From contig WJJZ01000002.1 in assembly GCA_014729395.1 (NCBI GenBank), positions 673-64,672 on the forward strand: 64,000 nucleotides of DNA. Reading direction: 5' to 3'. Below the pieces are notes generated by a model. That model was not told the origin of the DNA. It ran no database searches and worked only from the letters and a program-made list of their open reading frames with translations. The translations under genes and the position numbers were made by a program. Positions 15,324 through 23,652 of the stretch are shown in pieces. Each line of letters starts with the position of its first letter. Positions within the stretch are counted from its first letter, which is position 1. This stretch comes from Candidatus Magasanikiibacteriota bacterium. GTDB taxonomy: Bacteria; Patescibacteriota; Patescibacteriia; Magasanikbacterales; UBA922.

Positions 15324-17768
15324 TTATTTTCTATACTCATCTTCTTCCTCATCCTCCTCATCAAAATCCTCGTCTTCCAAATCCTCGTCTTCATCGCCAT
15401 AACCAATTTTTTCTTCACTGTCATCATAGTCATCATCTTCAATATTATCATTGTTTTCTTCATAATCTTCTTCTTCGTCTTCGTAATCATTATCAAGGTT
15501 ATCATCATAATTATCGTTTTCTTCATCATCGCTAAATACGTTTTGTTCCCCTCCGGCTCCCATCGATGTTTCAATATCATCCAGTGTCATAAGCACTTCT
15601 CTGGGTTTTGACCCATCTTGTGGTCCGACCACACCGGCTTTTTCCAATTCATCCATAATGCGGGCAGCTCTATTATAACCTATTTTGAGTTTTCTTTGTA
15701 AATAGGATGTGCTACCTTTGCCGGCTTTGATACAAGCGATCTTTGCCTGTTCAAATAATTCATCACGATCATCATTACCACCAAACATATTTGTAGAACT
15801 TTCGTTATCACCGGTTACAATGGATTCGTCATATTCGGGTTTTTCATCCGCTTTCAGGTAACGAACAATTCTTTTTACTTCTTCTTCTGATATAAAGGAG
15901 GCCTGTATTCTTACCGGTTTGGAAAGTTCTGCGGTTTGAAAAAGCATATCTCCTCGACCCATTAGTTTTTCCGCACCCGGGGAATCCAAAATTGTCCTTG
16001 AGTCGGTAAGAGAGGCAACCGAAAAGGCGATTCTAGCCGGAATATTGGCTTTCATGAGTCCTGTTATTACGTCAACGCTCGGTCTTTGGGTAGCAACAAT
16101 CAAATGAATACCTACTGCTCTTGCCATTTGAGCTATGCGGATAATACCGGCTTCCACTTCACCTGCGGCTGTTGCCATTAGATCGGCCAATTCATCGATA
16201 ATAAAGACTATGTGCGGGAGTTTATCGTTTTTATATTTTTTGTTGTATGAGCTTATGTCGCGGCAACCCGCTTTGGCGAGTAAATCAAAACGTCTATCCA
16301 TTTCGCTAATCGTCCATTTTAATGCGTTTACGGTTTTTTGGGTGTTGGTGATTACGGGAGCAAGCAGATGGGGAATATTATTATACAAAGTCAACTCCAC
16401 TCTTTTTGGGTCAACCATGATAAGTCTTAGGGTTTCGGCTGTATTTTGATAAAGCAAACTCATCAAAATTGTATTGATGCAGACGGTTTTACCCGAACCG
16501 GTGGCTCCGGCAATCAAGAGGTGCGGCATTTTTGGCAAGTCGGCAAACCAAACTCGGCCGGCAACATCTTTTCCAAGAGCAATCATCATATCGTGGGCTC
16601 TGGTTTTAAAAGTCTTACTCTCGAGAATTTCTTTAAAAGAGACCATGGCCGCTTTTTGGTTTGGTACTTCAATTCCAACCAATGATTTACCCGGTATGGG
16701 TGCTTCTATTCTGATTGGATGAGCGGCCAAAGAAAGTGCCAGGTCATTGGAAAGCGAGGTAATCCTGGTCAGTTTAATGCCTTTGGAAGGTTTTAGCGAG
16801 TACTGGGTTACTGTTGGACCAACTCGAACGTCTCCCATACTTACATCAATATTAAATTGAGCCAAGGTATCTTTTATAATTTCAGCATTGGCTTTTATGT
16901 CACCGCTTGTAGGTTTCCCCCTTTTATCAGAGAGTAGTTTTACGGAAGGAATAGGTTTTATAATTATCTTTTTGGACCAGGGTCCTTCATCAACTTTGAC
17001 AGAAGCTACTTTTTGTCTAATCGGTGTCGAACTCTCATTTCTCTCAAATTCCTCTTCCATGTCTTCTTCGTCTTCATCCTCCTCCTCTTCTTCTTCATTG
17101 CGTTCATTTAGGCGTCTTGAAAAAAACCTTCTTTTTTTCATGGGTTCTTCTTCATCATATTCATATTCATCTTCATAATCAGTCGGTTCTTGGCTGTTTG
17201 TTTTTACAAATAAAGATTTTATCGTTTTATAAAAAGCCTTTCCAAGCCAACCCAGACCGGCAAAAAGTTTTTTGTTTATAATTACAAAATGCACGAGAGA
17301 TGTATTGAAGATAAAAAGGATACCAACAGCTACAAAACCGGCCAGGATTACAATTCCGGCAACATTACCCAAATAGTTCTTTATGGGCCAAGCCAGCATG
17401 CCAAATATACCGCCACCGTTGCCTTCGAGAGCCTCCCGCCACATTTCATTGGTTTCAAAACCAATATGCATGATACTGGAAGCAGCCAGAAAAAATAAAA
17501 AAGCTCCTACCAAATGGGTCGGCCTATATTTATAACGAATATCTTTTATCAGAAACCAAGCCAATATTACTATCACAAACGGGACTGCATAACGCATCTT
17601 ACCAAACAAGAAGCTTAGTATGTATTTATCGAGCATCACTCCGACTGCGCCGGCCATGTCAAAAAAAGATAAAGCTATTATAATAGCTGATATGATTAGT
17701 ACAATTGCAATTATACCGCGCGATAGCGTAGGATTAAGAATGCTATTTCGTTTTTTACGTTTAGCCAT
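15324..17768 (-). CDS. ftsK: DNA translocase FtsK/SpoIIIE with highly acidic C-terminal tail
   Basis: N-terminal TM helices, Walker A GATGSGKT, a gamma winged-helix domain STSYLQRKLKIGYNRAARIMDELE, and a DE-rich tail. Confidence 0.95.
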   Translation of the reverse strand: MAKRKKRNSILNPTLSRGIIAIVLIISAIIIALSFFDMAGAVGVMLDKYILSFLFGKMRYAVPFVIVILAWFLIKDIRYKYRPTHLVGAFLFFLAASSIMHIGFETNEMWREALEGNGGGIFGMLAWPIKNYLGNVAGIVILAGFVAVGILFIFNTSLVHFVIINKKLFAGLGWLGKAFYKTIKSLFVKTNSQEPTDYEDEYEYDEEEPMKKRRFFSRRLNERNEEEEEEDEDEEDMEEEFERNESSTPIRQKVASVKVDEGPWSKKIIIKPIPSVKLLSDKRGKPTSGDIKANAEIIKDTLAQFNIDVSMGDVRVGPTVTQYSLKPSKGIKLTRITSLSNDLALSLAAHPIRIEAPIPGKSLVGIEVPNQKAAMVSFKEILESKTFKTRAHDMMIALGKDVAGRVWFADLPKMPHLLIAGATGSGKTVCINTILMSLLYQNTAETLRLIMVDPKRVELTLYNNIPHLLAPVITNTQKTVNALKWTISEMDRRFDLLAKAGCRDISSYNKKYKNDKLPHIVFIIDELADLMATAAGEVEAGIIRIAQMARAVGIHLIVATQRPSVDVITGLMKANIPARIAFSVASLTDSRTILDSPGAEKLMGRGDMLFQTAELSKPVRIQASFISEEEVKRIVRYLKADEKPEYDESIVTGDNESSTNMFGGNDDRDELFEQAKIACIKAGKGSTSYLQRKLKIGYNRAARIMDELEKAGVVGPQDGSKPREVLMTLDDIETSMGAGGEQNVFSDDEENDNYDDNLDNDYEDEEEDYEENNDNIEDDDYDDSEEKIGYGDEDEDLEDEDFDEEDEEEDEYRK

Positions 17769-17984
17769 AGTGCGTATATTGTATCATATTAGTTTGGTAC
17801 TGAAAATAGGAAAACAGCGTTGTTTTTTGCGGGGGGAAAGTATATAATATTAGGGATTGAAGATTATTGACTGGTGATTGGAAAATAATAGTCTGGAATA
17901 GCGATCGAGAATAATTTAAAAACCAACAATCACTAATCTCCGGCCTCTAATAATCAATATTTAAAAATAATCTAAAAAATACAT

Positions 17985-18752
17985 ATGCAACGTTGGAATA
18001 ACTATCTACAATCACTGGGTCTTTCGGAAAATGAAGCTAAAATTTATCTACACACTTTAAAAAAAGGCCAGCAGACTGTTCAACAGATTTCCACGGGAAC
18101 AAACTTGTCACGAGTAACAGTTTATGCGGCAATTGACACTCTAATCGAAATGGGGCTTATCAGCAGTGTGCAAAAAGGAAAAAGAAAATTGTTTTCCGCC
18201 GAACCGCCGGAGAGGATAGTGTCGGTTGCTGAGACAAAAGTAAAAAAAATGGAAAACATGATAAATGAGATGTCTTCTCACCTACAGGAATTAAAATTGG
18301 CTCAAAGCGGTGACAAACCGGTGGTTAAGTTTTTTGAAGGACCGGAGGCATACAGGATTGTTAACGAAGATTTAATTGAAACTAAACCAAAGGAAATATA
18401 TGAATTCGGGAACATTGAAGAGCTTCAGAGGATTTATAGTGGAGAGGATAAAAAAATATCTGAAGAAATTATAGATAAGTTAGATCAGTTTTTTAAAGGG
18501 TCTGATATTAAGAGAAGGAGTATCCATGTTGGTAGTCATGATCCAGAAAGATTTGTTGATAAAGGAGACGTTCAGAGAGTTTTTTTGGATAAGAATAAAT
18601 ATAAGTTTTACGGTGATATTTTTTTATATAAAAATAAAATATGGCTGTCCAGTTTTAGGGGCAAACAGATTTCAATTTTAATTGAAAGTGGATTACTATA
18701 TGATACCCTTAAAGCATTATTTGATATTTCTTGGCGTTCATTAAAAAAATAA
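17985..18752 (+). CDS. TrmB-family transcriptional regulator (HTH)
   Basis: N-terminal wHTH LSENEAKIYLHTLKKGQQTVQQIS...VTVYAAIDTLIEMGLI. A paralog lies at 51428-52192. Confidence 0.7.
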   Translation: MQRWNNYLQSLGLSENEAKIYLHTLKKGQQTVQQISTGTNLSRVTVYAAIDTLIEMGLISSVQKGKRKLFSAEPPERIVSVAETKVKKMENMINEMSSHLQELKLAQSGDKPVVKFFEGPEAYRIVNEDLIETKPKEIYEFGNIEELQRIYSGEDKKISEEIIDKLDQFFKGSDIKRRSIHVGSHDPERFVDKGDVQRVFLDKNKYKFYGDIFLYKNKIWLSSFRGKQISILIESGLLYDTLKALFDISWRSLKK

Positions 18753-18800
18753 GACCCAAGCCACATTGTAAAATATGACTCGGGTCTGTCGAACTGGCTA

Positions 18801-19250
18801 CTAGTCAGTCGGGATGGGTCCGCCGACCCAATCCTCTGCGCTTTCGCCTCGCTTTTTTAATAGTGTGCATATTCTCATACTCCCATTTCTCCTTCTCCTT
18901 TCGGGTCGGTTTAAAGACCCTTGCTTATTGAAACCCCATTGTTTTTGGGTTTCCACCAAAAAAGGATATTGGGAGTATGCGATCGATCCTCTCCTTGTGA
19001 GAGGTTTTTTTGGTCTATCACCATCCTTTTGTGGATATGGCAGAATGACCAAAAAAAATATTTTCGATCCTTGGTTGCCGAGATTGAAGTTCCCGGCAAA
19101 TTTGGCCACCGCACTTCGGTGGTTATGTTTCGCATCCTCCATTTTTATCCCTCCTTTTTGAAGGGGAAACCATATCTCATCTACCACATGCAAGATGAGA
19201 TTTACATATTTGGAAAACCGAGGGGTCTTTTCCGATCTTCCAAATAACAT
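18801..19250 (-). CDS. Hypothetical ORF of atypical composition (could be non-coding)
   Basis: Open frame only. Several frames are open on both strands here. No motif found. Confidence 0.25.
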   Translation of the reverse strand: MLFGRSEKTPRFSKYVNLILHVVDEIWFPLQKGGIKMEDAKHNHRSAVAKFAGNFNLGNQGSKIFFLVILPYPQKDGDRPKKPLTRRGSIAYSQYPFLVETQKQWGFNKQGSLNRPERRRRNGSMRICTLLKKRGESAEDWVGGPIPTD

Positions 19251-19401
19251 ATAATAATACCATAAAAAACTTAATTTGTCAAGGATAGCTTTACAATTTA
19301 AATTCCTAGTTTAAATATAAGTGTTTAATCTTGCTTTACATATAAATTTAGCTAAATTCAGCTAAATTTCATTATTTTACAAAAAAACAGTAAAGCAGCT
19401 C

Positions 19402-19430
19402 TTGACAAAATTATTAAAGTATGCTATTAT
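19402..19430 (+). promoter_or_regulatory. Near-consensus sigma70-type promoter (TTGACA-17-TATTAT)
   Basis: Exact -35 hexamer, 17-nt spacer, and a -10 matching 5 of 6 positions. Confidence 0.6.
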
Positions 19431-19434
19431 TATA

Positions 19435-19453
19435 TGTTCATCAAATATGAACA
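19435..19453 (+). promoter_or_regulatory. Operator-like perfect palindrome TGTTCAT-caaat-ATGAACA overlapping the predicted +1
   Basis: 7-bp perfect inverted repeat placed 5-8 nt after the -10. Confidence 0.5.
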
Positions 19454-19849
19454 GAATCATTCAAGAATTTATTTCTTGGAATCAGGCCCGGAAAAGCGAG
19501 CATACTCGATGGGACAAATTCATTTTCAGCCCAGAAAGAGCAGCTCAATATTTCGGCTCTTAAAAAACTGTAAATCCTGTAATTTTGACGCCTAAAAGGA
19601 TAAACAAGCTTTGGCAAGTTTATTCATGTCAATTCCTTACTTTATTTACGGTTTCTTGCCACCCGGGCTTTGTTCCAAGAAGTAATTATCATGCTTGTCG
19701 TGAATATGGAATTTATTATTACAATGTATATATTTTTCGTCTTGGCTTGCAGTACTCTAGTAAGAGTATAAAGAGCCCGATTACTGCCCCTTTCTTATTG
19801 ATTTGTTTTAAATGTCGATATGAATGGGACAGTAATTTCAACCAAAAAA

Positions 19850-19953
19850 AATCAAGGCCCGGTTCGCTGACATGCGGACGACGCGTCGCTTGAATCAACA
19901 AGCGATCCCGAAATTACTCGGGAGGAGCTACACTGGTTTTTAAAGGAGGAAAG
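19850..19953 (+). promoter_or_regulatory. Type-1 leader element, copy 3
   Basis: ATCAAGGCCCGG...GTCGCTTGAATCAACAAGCGATCCCGAAATTACTCGGGAGGAGCTACACTGGTTTTT then AAAGGAGGAAAG then ATG. Confidence 0.7.
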
Positions 19954-20070
19954 ATGGAAAGAACTAATATTCGGGACGAGACCGTGATGTTCGAAGAGAC
20001 CATCACCGGCGCTTGCCTCGTGGCAGGTGCATGGGGGGCGTTTCTCGCCCTCGTTTTCCTGGTCTTCTAG
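19954..20070 (+). CDS. Small ORF, 38 aa, with C-terminal hydrophobic helix
   Basis: AGGAGG RBS directly after the type-1 leader. It was absent from the ORF track because it is shorter than 60 aa. Confidence 0.4.
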   Translation: MERTNIRDETVMFEETITGACLVAGAWGAFLALVFLVF

Positions 20071-20236
20071 GCCGGGGGAACCTTGTCCCAAAAAACCCCC
20101 GACGGACTTTACATCCGATCGGGGACATTACTGAAATCCGGATTAGTCCGGGTTTGAGTAATGACACAGACAAATCGATCATCTGTTAACGGAGGGGTGA
20201 TCGGTTTTTTAATTGCCAAAACAAAAAGGAGAGGAC

Positions 20237-20581
20237 ATGAGCGAAAAAAGTTTTACCTGCCCAATCTGCAAGTTTTCGACAACGATCGAAAAAGCTTGGG
20301 TACCGAGCTTTGATTTCATCTCCAGTCAAACCGGTAAGAATCCGGTGAGGCTGGGGGATCTGAAGTGTTTCGCGGTTTGTCGTCGCTGTGCGGGAGACCT
20401 GCGTCGGGAACTGAAGATGAGATATTACCGCTTCAGTGATTCAGCGGAGCGGATTCGGAAAAGAGAAGTTAGACAGAGGGCGACACGGCGCAAGAAGCGC
20501 CAAAAACGTACCGCAACAAAGTTCAAGGATTTATTCTGTGCCAAGGATGGCAAGATAATTCCAATTCAGAAAACCTCATGA
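20237..20581 (+). CDS. Small zinc-ribbon protein with basic C-terminus (114 aa)
   Basis: RBS AAAAAGGAGAGGAC-ATG. The same RBS context serves the next gene. Contains CPICKF...C...CRRC. Confidence 0.55.
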   Translation: MSEKSFTCPICKFSTTIEKAWVPSFDFISSQTGKNPVRLGDLKCFAVCRRCAGDLRRELKMRYYRFSDSAERIRKREVRQRATRRKKRQKRTATKFKDLFCAKDGKIIPIQKTS

Positions 20582-20597
20582 CAAAAAAGGAGAGGAC

Positions 20598-20876
20598 ATG
20601 TCTAGGACATGGCGCAGCACCTATGCAAAGCCGGGGGTGTCAAAAAAAACCGGCCAGCGTAAACTCGACAATGATCGCCGACGGCAGCTAAATAAACGTT
20701 GCCCAGAGTGCGAGGCAAGGCAATGTATATGCCAAATATTGAGTCGGCAAAATGTTGATATAGACGTAATTAATGATTGTTGGTATTTTGATGGGTTTGA
20801 AGAGACGGCCGAAATTGATTATGAAATCGACTGGAGTCGATTCGATGAAATATTCGAATTCATAAAGAAAAGTTGA
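20598..20876 (+). CDS. Small Cys-rich protein (92 aa), paralogous to the N-terminus of 22404-22892
   Basis: MSRTWRS...NDRRRQLNKRCPECEARQCIC compares with MSRTRRW...NEKRRADRKWAVRNPSCPDCGRFRCEC. Confidence 0.55.
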   Translation: MSRTWRSTYAKPGVSKKTGQRKLDNDRRRQLNKRCPECEARQCICQILSRQNVDIDVINDCWYFDGFEETAEIDYEIDWSRFDEIFEFIKKS

Positions 20877-20892
20877 GAACGCGCAAATATTG

Positions 20893-20984
20893 GGGGGAGC
20901 TCTGAAATTATCAGGGCGCCTTTTCTTGGAGCGTTTCTATAAGCGAGCCAAGATAAGGCATAAACAAACAAAAAGGAGGAAAAA
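20893..20984 (+). promoter_or_regulatory. Type-2 leader element, copy 1
   Basis: GGGGGAGCTCTGAAATTATCAGGGCGCCTTTTCTTGGAGCGTTT...AAGGAGG-ATG. A second copy lies at 22910-23003. Confidence 0.55.
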
Positions 20985-21326
20985 ATGGAAGAAAAACGCA
21001 AGGCAGGTCTGGCACGTCTTAAAAAAGAATCGATGAAGAGATTGATTGATAAATTTGATGATGAGAAGTTTATCGAAAAAATTGCAAAGTCTTTGGCTTT
21101 TTCTCATCATAATAAATTGAGACAAAAGCAATATGGAAGAATAAGGTTTTTAAGAGGTGTTATTGATAAGCCAACCGAGCGAATTCGCCGATATAATAGG
21201 CATCGATTCCATTATTCAATATATGAGATAGATGCCAATGATATTGAATATTTCGGACGCCGATTATGGGCCGAATGTCTACGCTTGCGTTTAGCACGCA
21301 AGCAGGAATGGCTTGCAAAGCAGTGA
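20985..21326 (+). CDS. Hypothetical basic protein, 113 aa
   Basis: Preceded by the type-2 leader and followed by T3. Confidence 0.55.
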   Translation: MEEKRKAGLARLKKESMKRLIDKFDDEKFIEKIAKSLAFSHHNKLRQKQYGRIRFLRGVIDKPTERIRRYNRHRFHYSIYEIDANDIEYFGRRLWAECLRLRLARKQEWLAKQ

Positions 21327-21353
21327 TATAATAATTTCTAGGGATAAAACAAT

Positions 21354-21392
21354 TGGTATATATCCTAGACCCTGTATACTTTTTCTTTCAGA
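21354..21392 (+). terminator. Conserved-loop terminator hairpin T3
   Basis: GGTATATA-TCCTAGACCC-TGTATACT plus TTTTTCTTTC. An ATTCTGAAAGCAC block follows at 21411. Confidence 0.6.
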
Positions 21393-21458
21393 GCGTATGA
21401 ATTTATTCATGTATTCTGAAAGCACCATGAATGCATCGTGGTGTGGAAGAGAAACTCT

Positions 21459-21567
21459 AATACCGAGGCCCGGTTCGCTGATCGGCGAATGTCGCGTCGC
21501 TTGAATCAACAAGCGATCCCGAAATTACTCGGGAGGAGCTACACTGGTAAAAAGTTTTAGGAGGGTT
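21459..21567 (+). promoter_or_regulatory. Type-1 leader element, copy 4
   Basis: Same sequence as copy 3 up to CTACACTGG, then AGGAGGG RBS and ATG at 21568. Confidence 0.7.
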
Positions 21568-21933
21568 ATGAACAAGCATAATAACGAACAGTGCACATTA
21601 GAGGAAGTCGTGGTGGATTTTTTGGATGCATTTACAAAAATGACAGAGATAGATTTTTTGTTGGACTATCTATGGGCCGTAGTAGAGAAAAACGGCGATC
21701 AAAACCGCGATGAACCAATTATAATCAGTCTAAGCTGTGATAATTGGTTTGGTGAAGAAGTCTGCGATGAATATGATGGTATTGATTTGGCAAATGACAT
21801 ATTGGGATTATATTATTTAATTTCAACTCTGCCCAACAATATTTTAAAGCATTTTCCGCGTCATGTTGATCTGACAAAAGTTGCGGAAGAGAATTGGACG
21901 ACTTTGCATAAGTGGGCGATGTATTCAAGATGA
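21568..21933 (+). CDS. Hypothetical acidic protein, 121 aa
   Basis: Preceded by the type-1 leader. Confidence 0.55.
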   Translation: MNKHNNEQCTLEEVVVDFLDAFTKMTEIDFLLDYLWAVVEKNGDQNRDEPIIISLSCDNWFGEEVCDEYDGIDLANDILGLYYLISTLPNNILKHFPRHVDLTKVAEENWTTLHKWAMYSR

Positions 21934-22072
21934 AAATGCTTTGGTGAGAAATATTTTTTGGAGATTGGTTTTCAGAAACGTAATCAATCTCCGGTCTAAT
22001 TTGTCTTTATTATTTATAATGAAGACAAGGAGACATTTTCACAACTGTCCTTAACATAAAGGAGGATTCGCT

Positions 22073-22234
22073 ATGAATAAAGAAAAAATAAAAGAAATTC
22101 GGAGACTGCTTAGAAAAGCAAATGAAGAGAGAAGACTGGAACTCGAGAATTTTGATGATGATGCATTTGAAGTAAATGAATATGGTGAATTTGTTAATTT
22201 GGAAGAAGACGAATCGAGCAGTGAAGAGGATTGA
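22073..22234 (+). CDS. Small acidic ORF, 53 aa (MNKEKIKEIRRLLRKANEERRLELENFDDDAFEV...)
   Basis: AAGGAGG lies 7 nt upstream of the ATG. Preferred over the low-complexity antisense ORF at 22051..22299. T4 follows. Confidence 0.4.
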   Translation: MNKEKIKEIRRLLRKANEERRLELENFDDDAFEVNEYGEFVNLEEDESSSEED

Positions 22235-22294
22235 TTTGTTATGCGGGGGTTGATAATGACTACAATCCCGGCGTTATTTGTTGTGAGTTTTTCT

Positions 22295-22332
22295 GGCAAG
22301 TATTTCAGACCCTGCTTGCCTCTTCTTTCAAG
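22295..22332 (+). terminator. Conserved-loop terminator hairpin T4
   Basis: GGCAAG-tatttCAGACCCTG-CTTGCC plus TCTTCTTTC. Loop variant TTCAGACCCTG. Confidence 0.5.
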
Positions 22333-22403
22333 CTAATAATCATAAGTTTTTGATTTGAAAGAAGGATATCCGTTTTTTAAAAACTCAAAAAAAAGGAGTT
22401 GCC

Positions 22404-22892
22404 ATGAGTCGGACGAGAAGGTGGTCGAATGAGGACCACATAGACGCAATGGATGGGGTCAATCAAAAAAGATTGGCCAATGAAAAGCGCCGGGCAGACC
22501 GGAAATGGGCGGTCCGTAATCCGAGCTGTCCGGATTGCGGTCGGTTCCGCTGTGAATGTAATACAATTTATTTTATTGATGAGATGTTAATAAATAATTC
22601 TGATGATGAATTTCTGCAAAGGGAATTTTTAGCGACCGTATTTGCCGTGGTCCCGTTGCATGCGGGTCCTGATAATAGATCTGATGAAGATGTACCGGAT
22701 AATGTTATTTTTTTTGAGCATCATTTATTTAAATTGGATGATAGGCTGTTAAGTATGTTCGTCACTGACACGACCTGTCAATGTTGTGGCAGAGATGACT
22801 GCGGCTATTTTGTCGGCAATGGCAATTCCGCCTGTTTGGGTCTTTGGTTAAAAATAGACCTTCGAACAGGCGAGCTGATCACTGCGATGTGA
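22404..22892 (+). CDS. Cys-rich protein, 162 aa (two zinc-knuckle clusters)
   Basis: AAGGAG RBS. Contains CPDCGRFRCEC and CQCCGRDDCGYF. GC content along the ORF is mosaic. Confidence 0.55.
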   Translation: MSRTRRWSNEDHIDAMDGVNQKRLANEKRRADRKWAVRNPSCPDCGRFRCECNTIYFIDEMLINNSDDEFLQREFLATVFAVVPLHAGPDNRSDEDVPDNVIFFEHHLFKLDDRLLSMFVTDTTCQCCGRDDCGYFVGNGNSACLGLWLKIDLRTGELITAM

Positions 22893-22909
22893 TCAGCCAA
22901 ATGAAAATT

Positions 22910-23003
22910 TAGGGGGAGCTCTGAAATTATCAGGGCGCTTTTTCTTGGAGCGTTTTCAAAGCGAATCAAGACAAGGCACAGATAAACAAAACAAGGAGGA
23001 AGC
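22910..23003 (+). promoter_or_regulatory. Type-2 leader element, copy 2
   Basis: AGGGGGAGCTCTGAAATTATCAGGGCGCTTTTTCTTGGAGCGTTTT...CAAGGAGG-ATG. Confidence 0.55.
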
Positions 23004-23573
23004 ATGAGCGCAGAAACAGAAATCAGATTTTTTCGTATGAACAACGGGCAGATTTGGGCCGCAGTAGTCAGAGGGGGTATGACCTGCGACGAAGAATACG
23101 GCCGTTGTCTCAGTATTATTTTTGCTGGAAGTTACGACAAGGTCAAAGCATGGTACGGTCGACAGTCCAAAATGGACAAGTTTGATCCGGACTATGTTTG
23201 GACCGAGCATGGCGGGCGTCTTCCCAGCCAGTCAGAGCTTCAAGAAAAACCTGTTTCTTTTATCGGCAGCGAGGTCTGGCTAGAACTGGACAACGGCAAT
23301 CCATTTCCCGATTGTCGCGACCTCAAGCGGCCAATTTGGCGGGTTTTTGAGACTGACTTGGCCATCGAGTGTCGAGTTCTGGGGGAATCTCTTTACTTTG
23401 CGGAAGCTTGGAACTTGGCGCAAACGTATGCCATGCAGCAACCCGGAGATTGTAGGCTGCGGTTACCGGAGCGGTTTTACAGACCGGCTTCCGAAAAGCG
23501 TAGGGCGGAGACCTTGGAAGGACAGGAGATCGCCATGCCCAAGAATTTGCCGGATGGCTTGGACTGGGCGTAA
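23004..23573 (+). CDS. Hypothetical protein, 189 aa
   Basis: Preceded by the type-2 leader and followed by T5. Confidence 0.55.
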   Translation: MSAETEIRFFRMNNGQIWAAVVRGGMTCDEEYGRCLSIIFAGSYDKVKAWYGRQSKMDKFDPDYVWTEHGGRLPSQSELQEKPVSFIGSEVWLELDNGNPFPDCRDLKRPIWRVFETDLAIECRVLGESLYFAEAWNLAQTYAMQQPGDCRLRLPERFYRPASEKRRAETLEGQEIAMPKNLPDGLDWA

Positions 23574-23616
23574 AGGCCAATAAATTCTAGATAATAGCAA
23601 CATCTTTCAACCCACG

Positions 23617-23652
23617 ATAAGTATTCTAGACCCTGCTTATCAAATCTTTCTG
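23617..23652 (+). terminator. Conserved-loop terminator hairpin T5
   Basis: GATAAG-TATTCTAGACCCTG-CTTATC plus AAATCTTTC. Confidence 0.55.

Noticed and set aside
19585-19893. 102-aa plus-strand ORF
   Set aside because: It has no RBS and runs into the conserved type-1 leader sequence. The region is more likely non-coding.
22051-22299. 82-aa minus-strand ORF
   Set aside because: Low-complexity Ser-rich translation without an RBS. The plus strand encodes a 53-aa ORF with a canonical AAGGAGG RBS, followed by a family terminator hairpin.
5221-23652. Interpreting the conserved-loop hairpins as integron attC sites
   Set aside because: The hairpins are only about 30 nt. They lack the paired R''/L'' and L'/R' core sites and the extrahelical bases typical of attC. 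No intI gene or attI is present in the window. The cassette analogy is kept only as a loose comparison.
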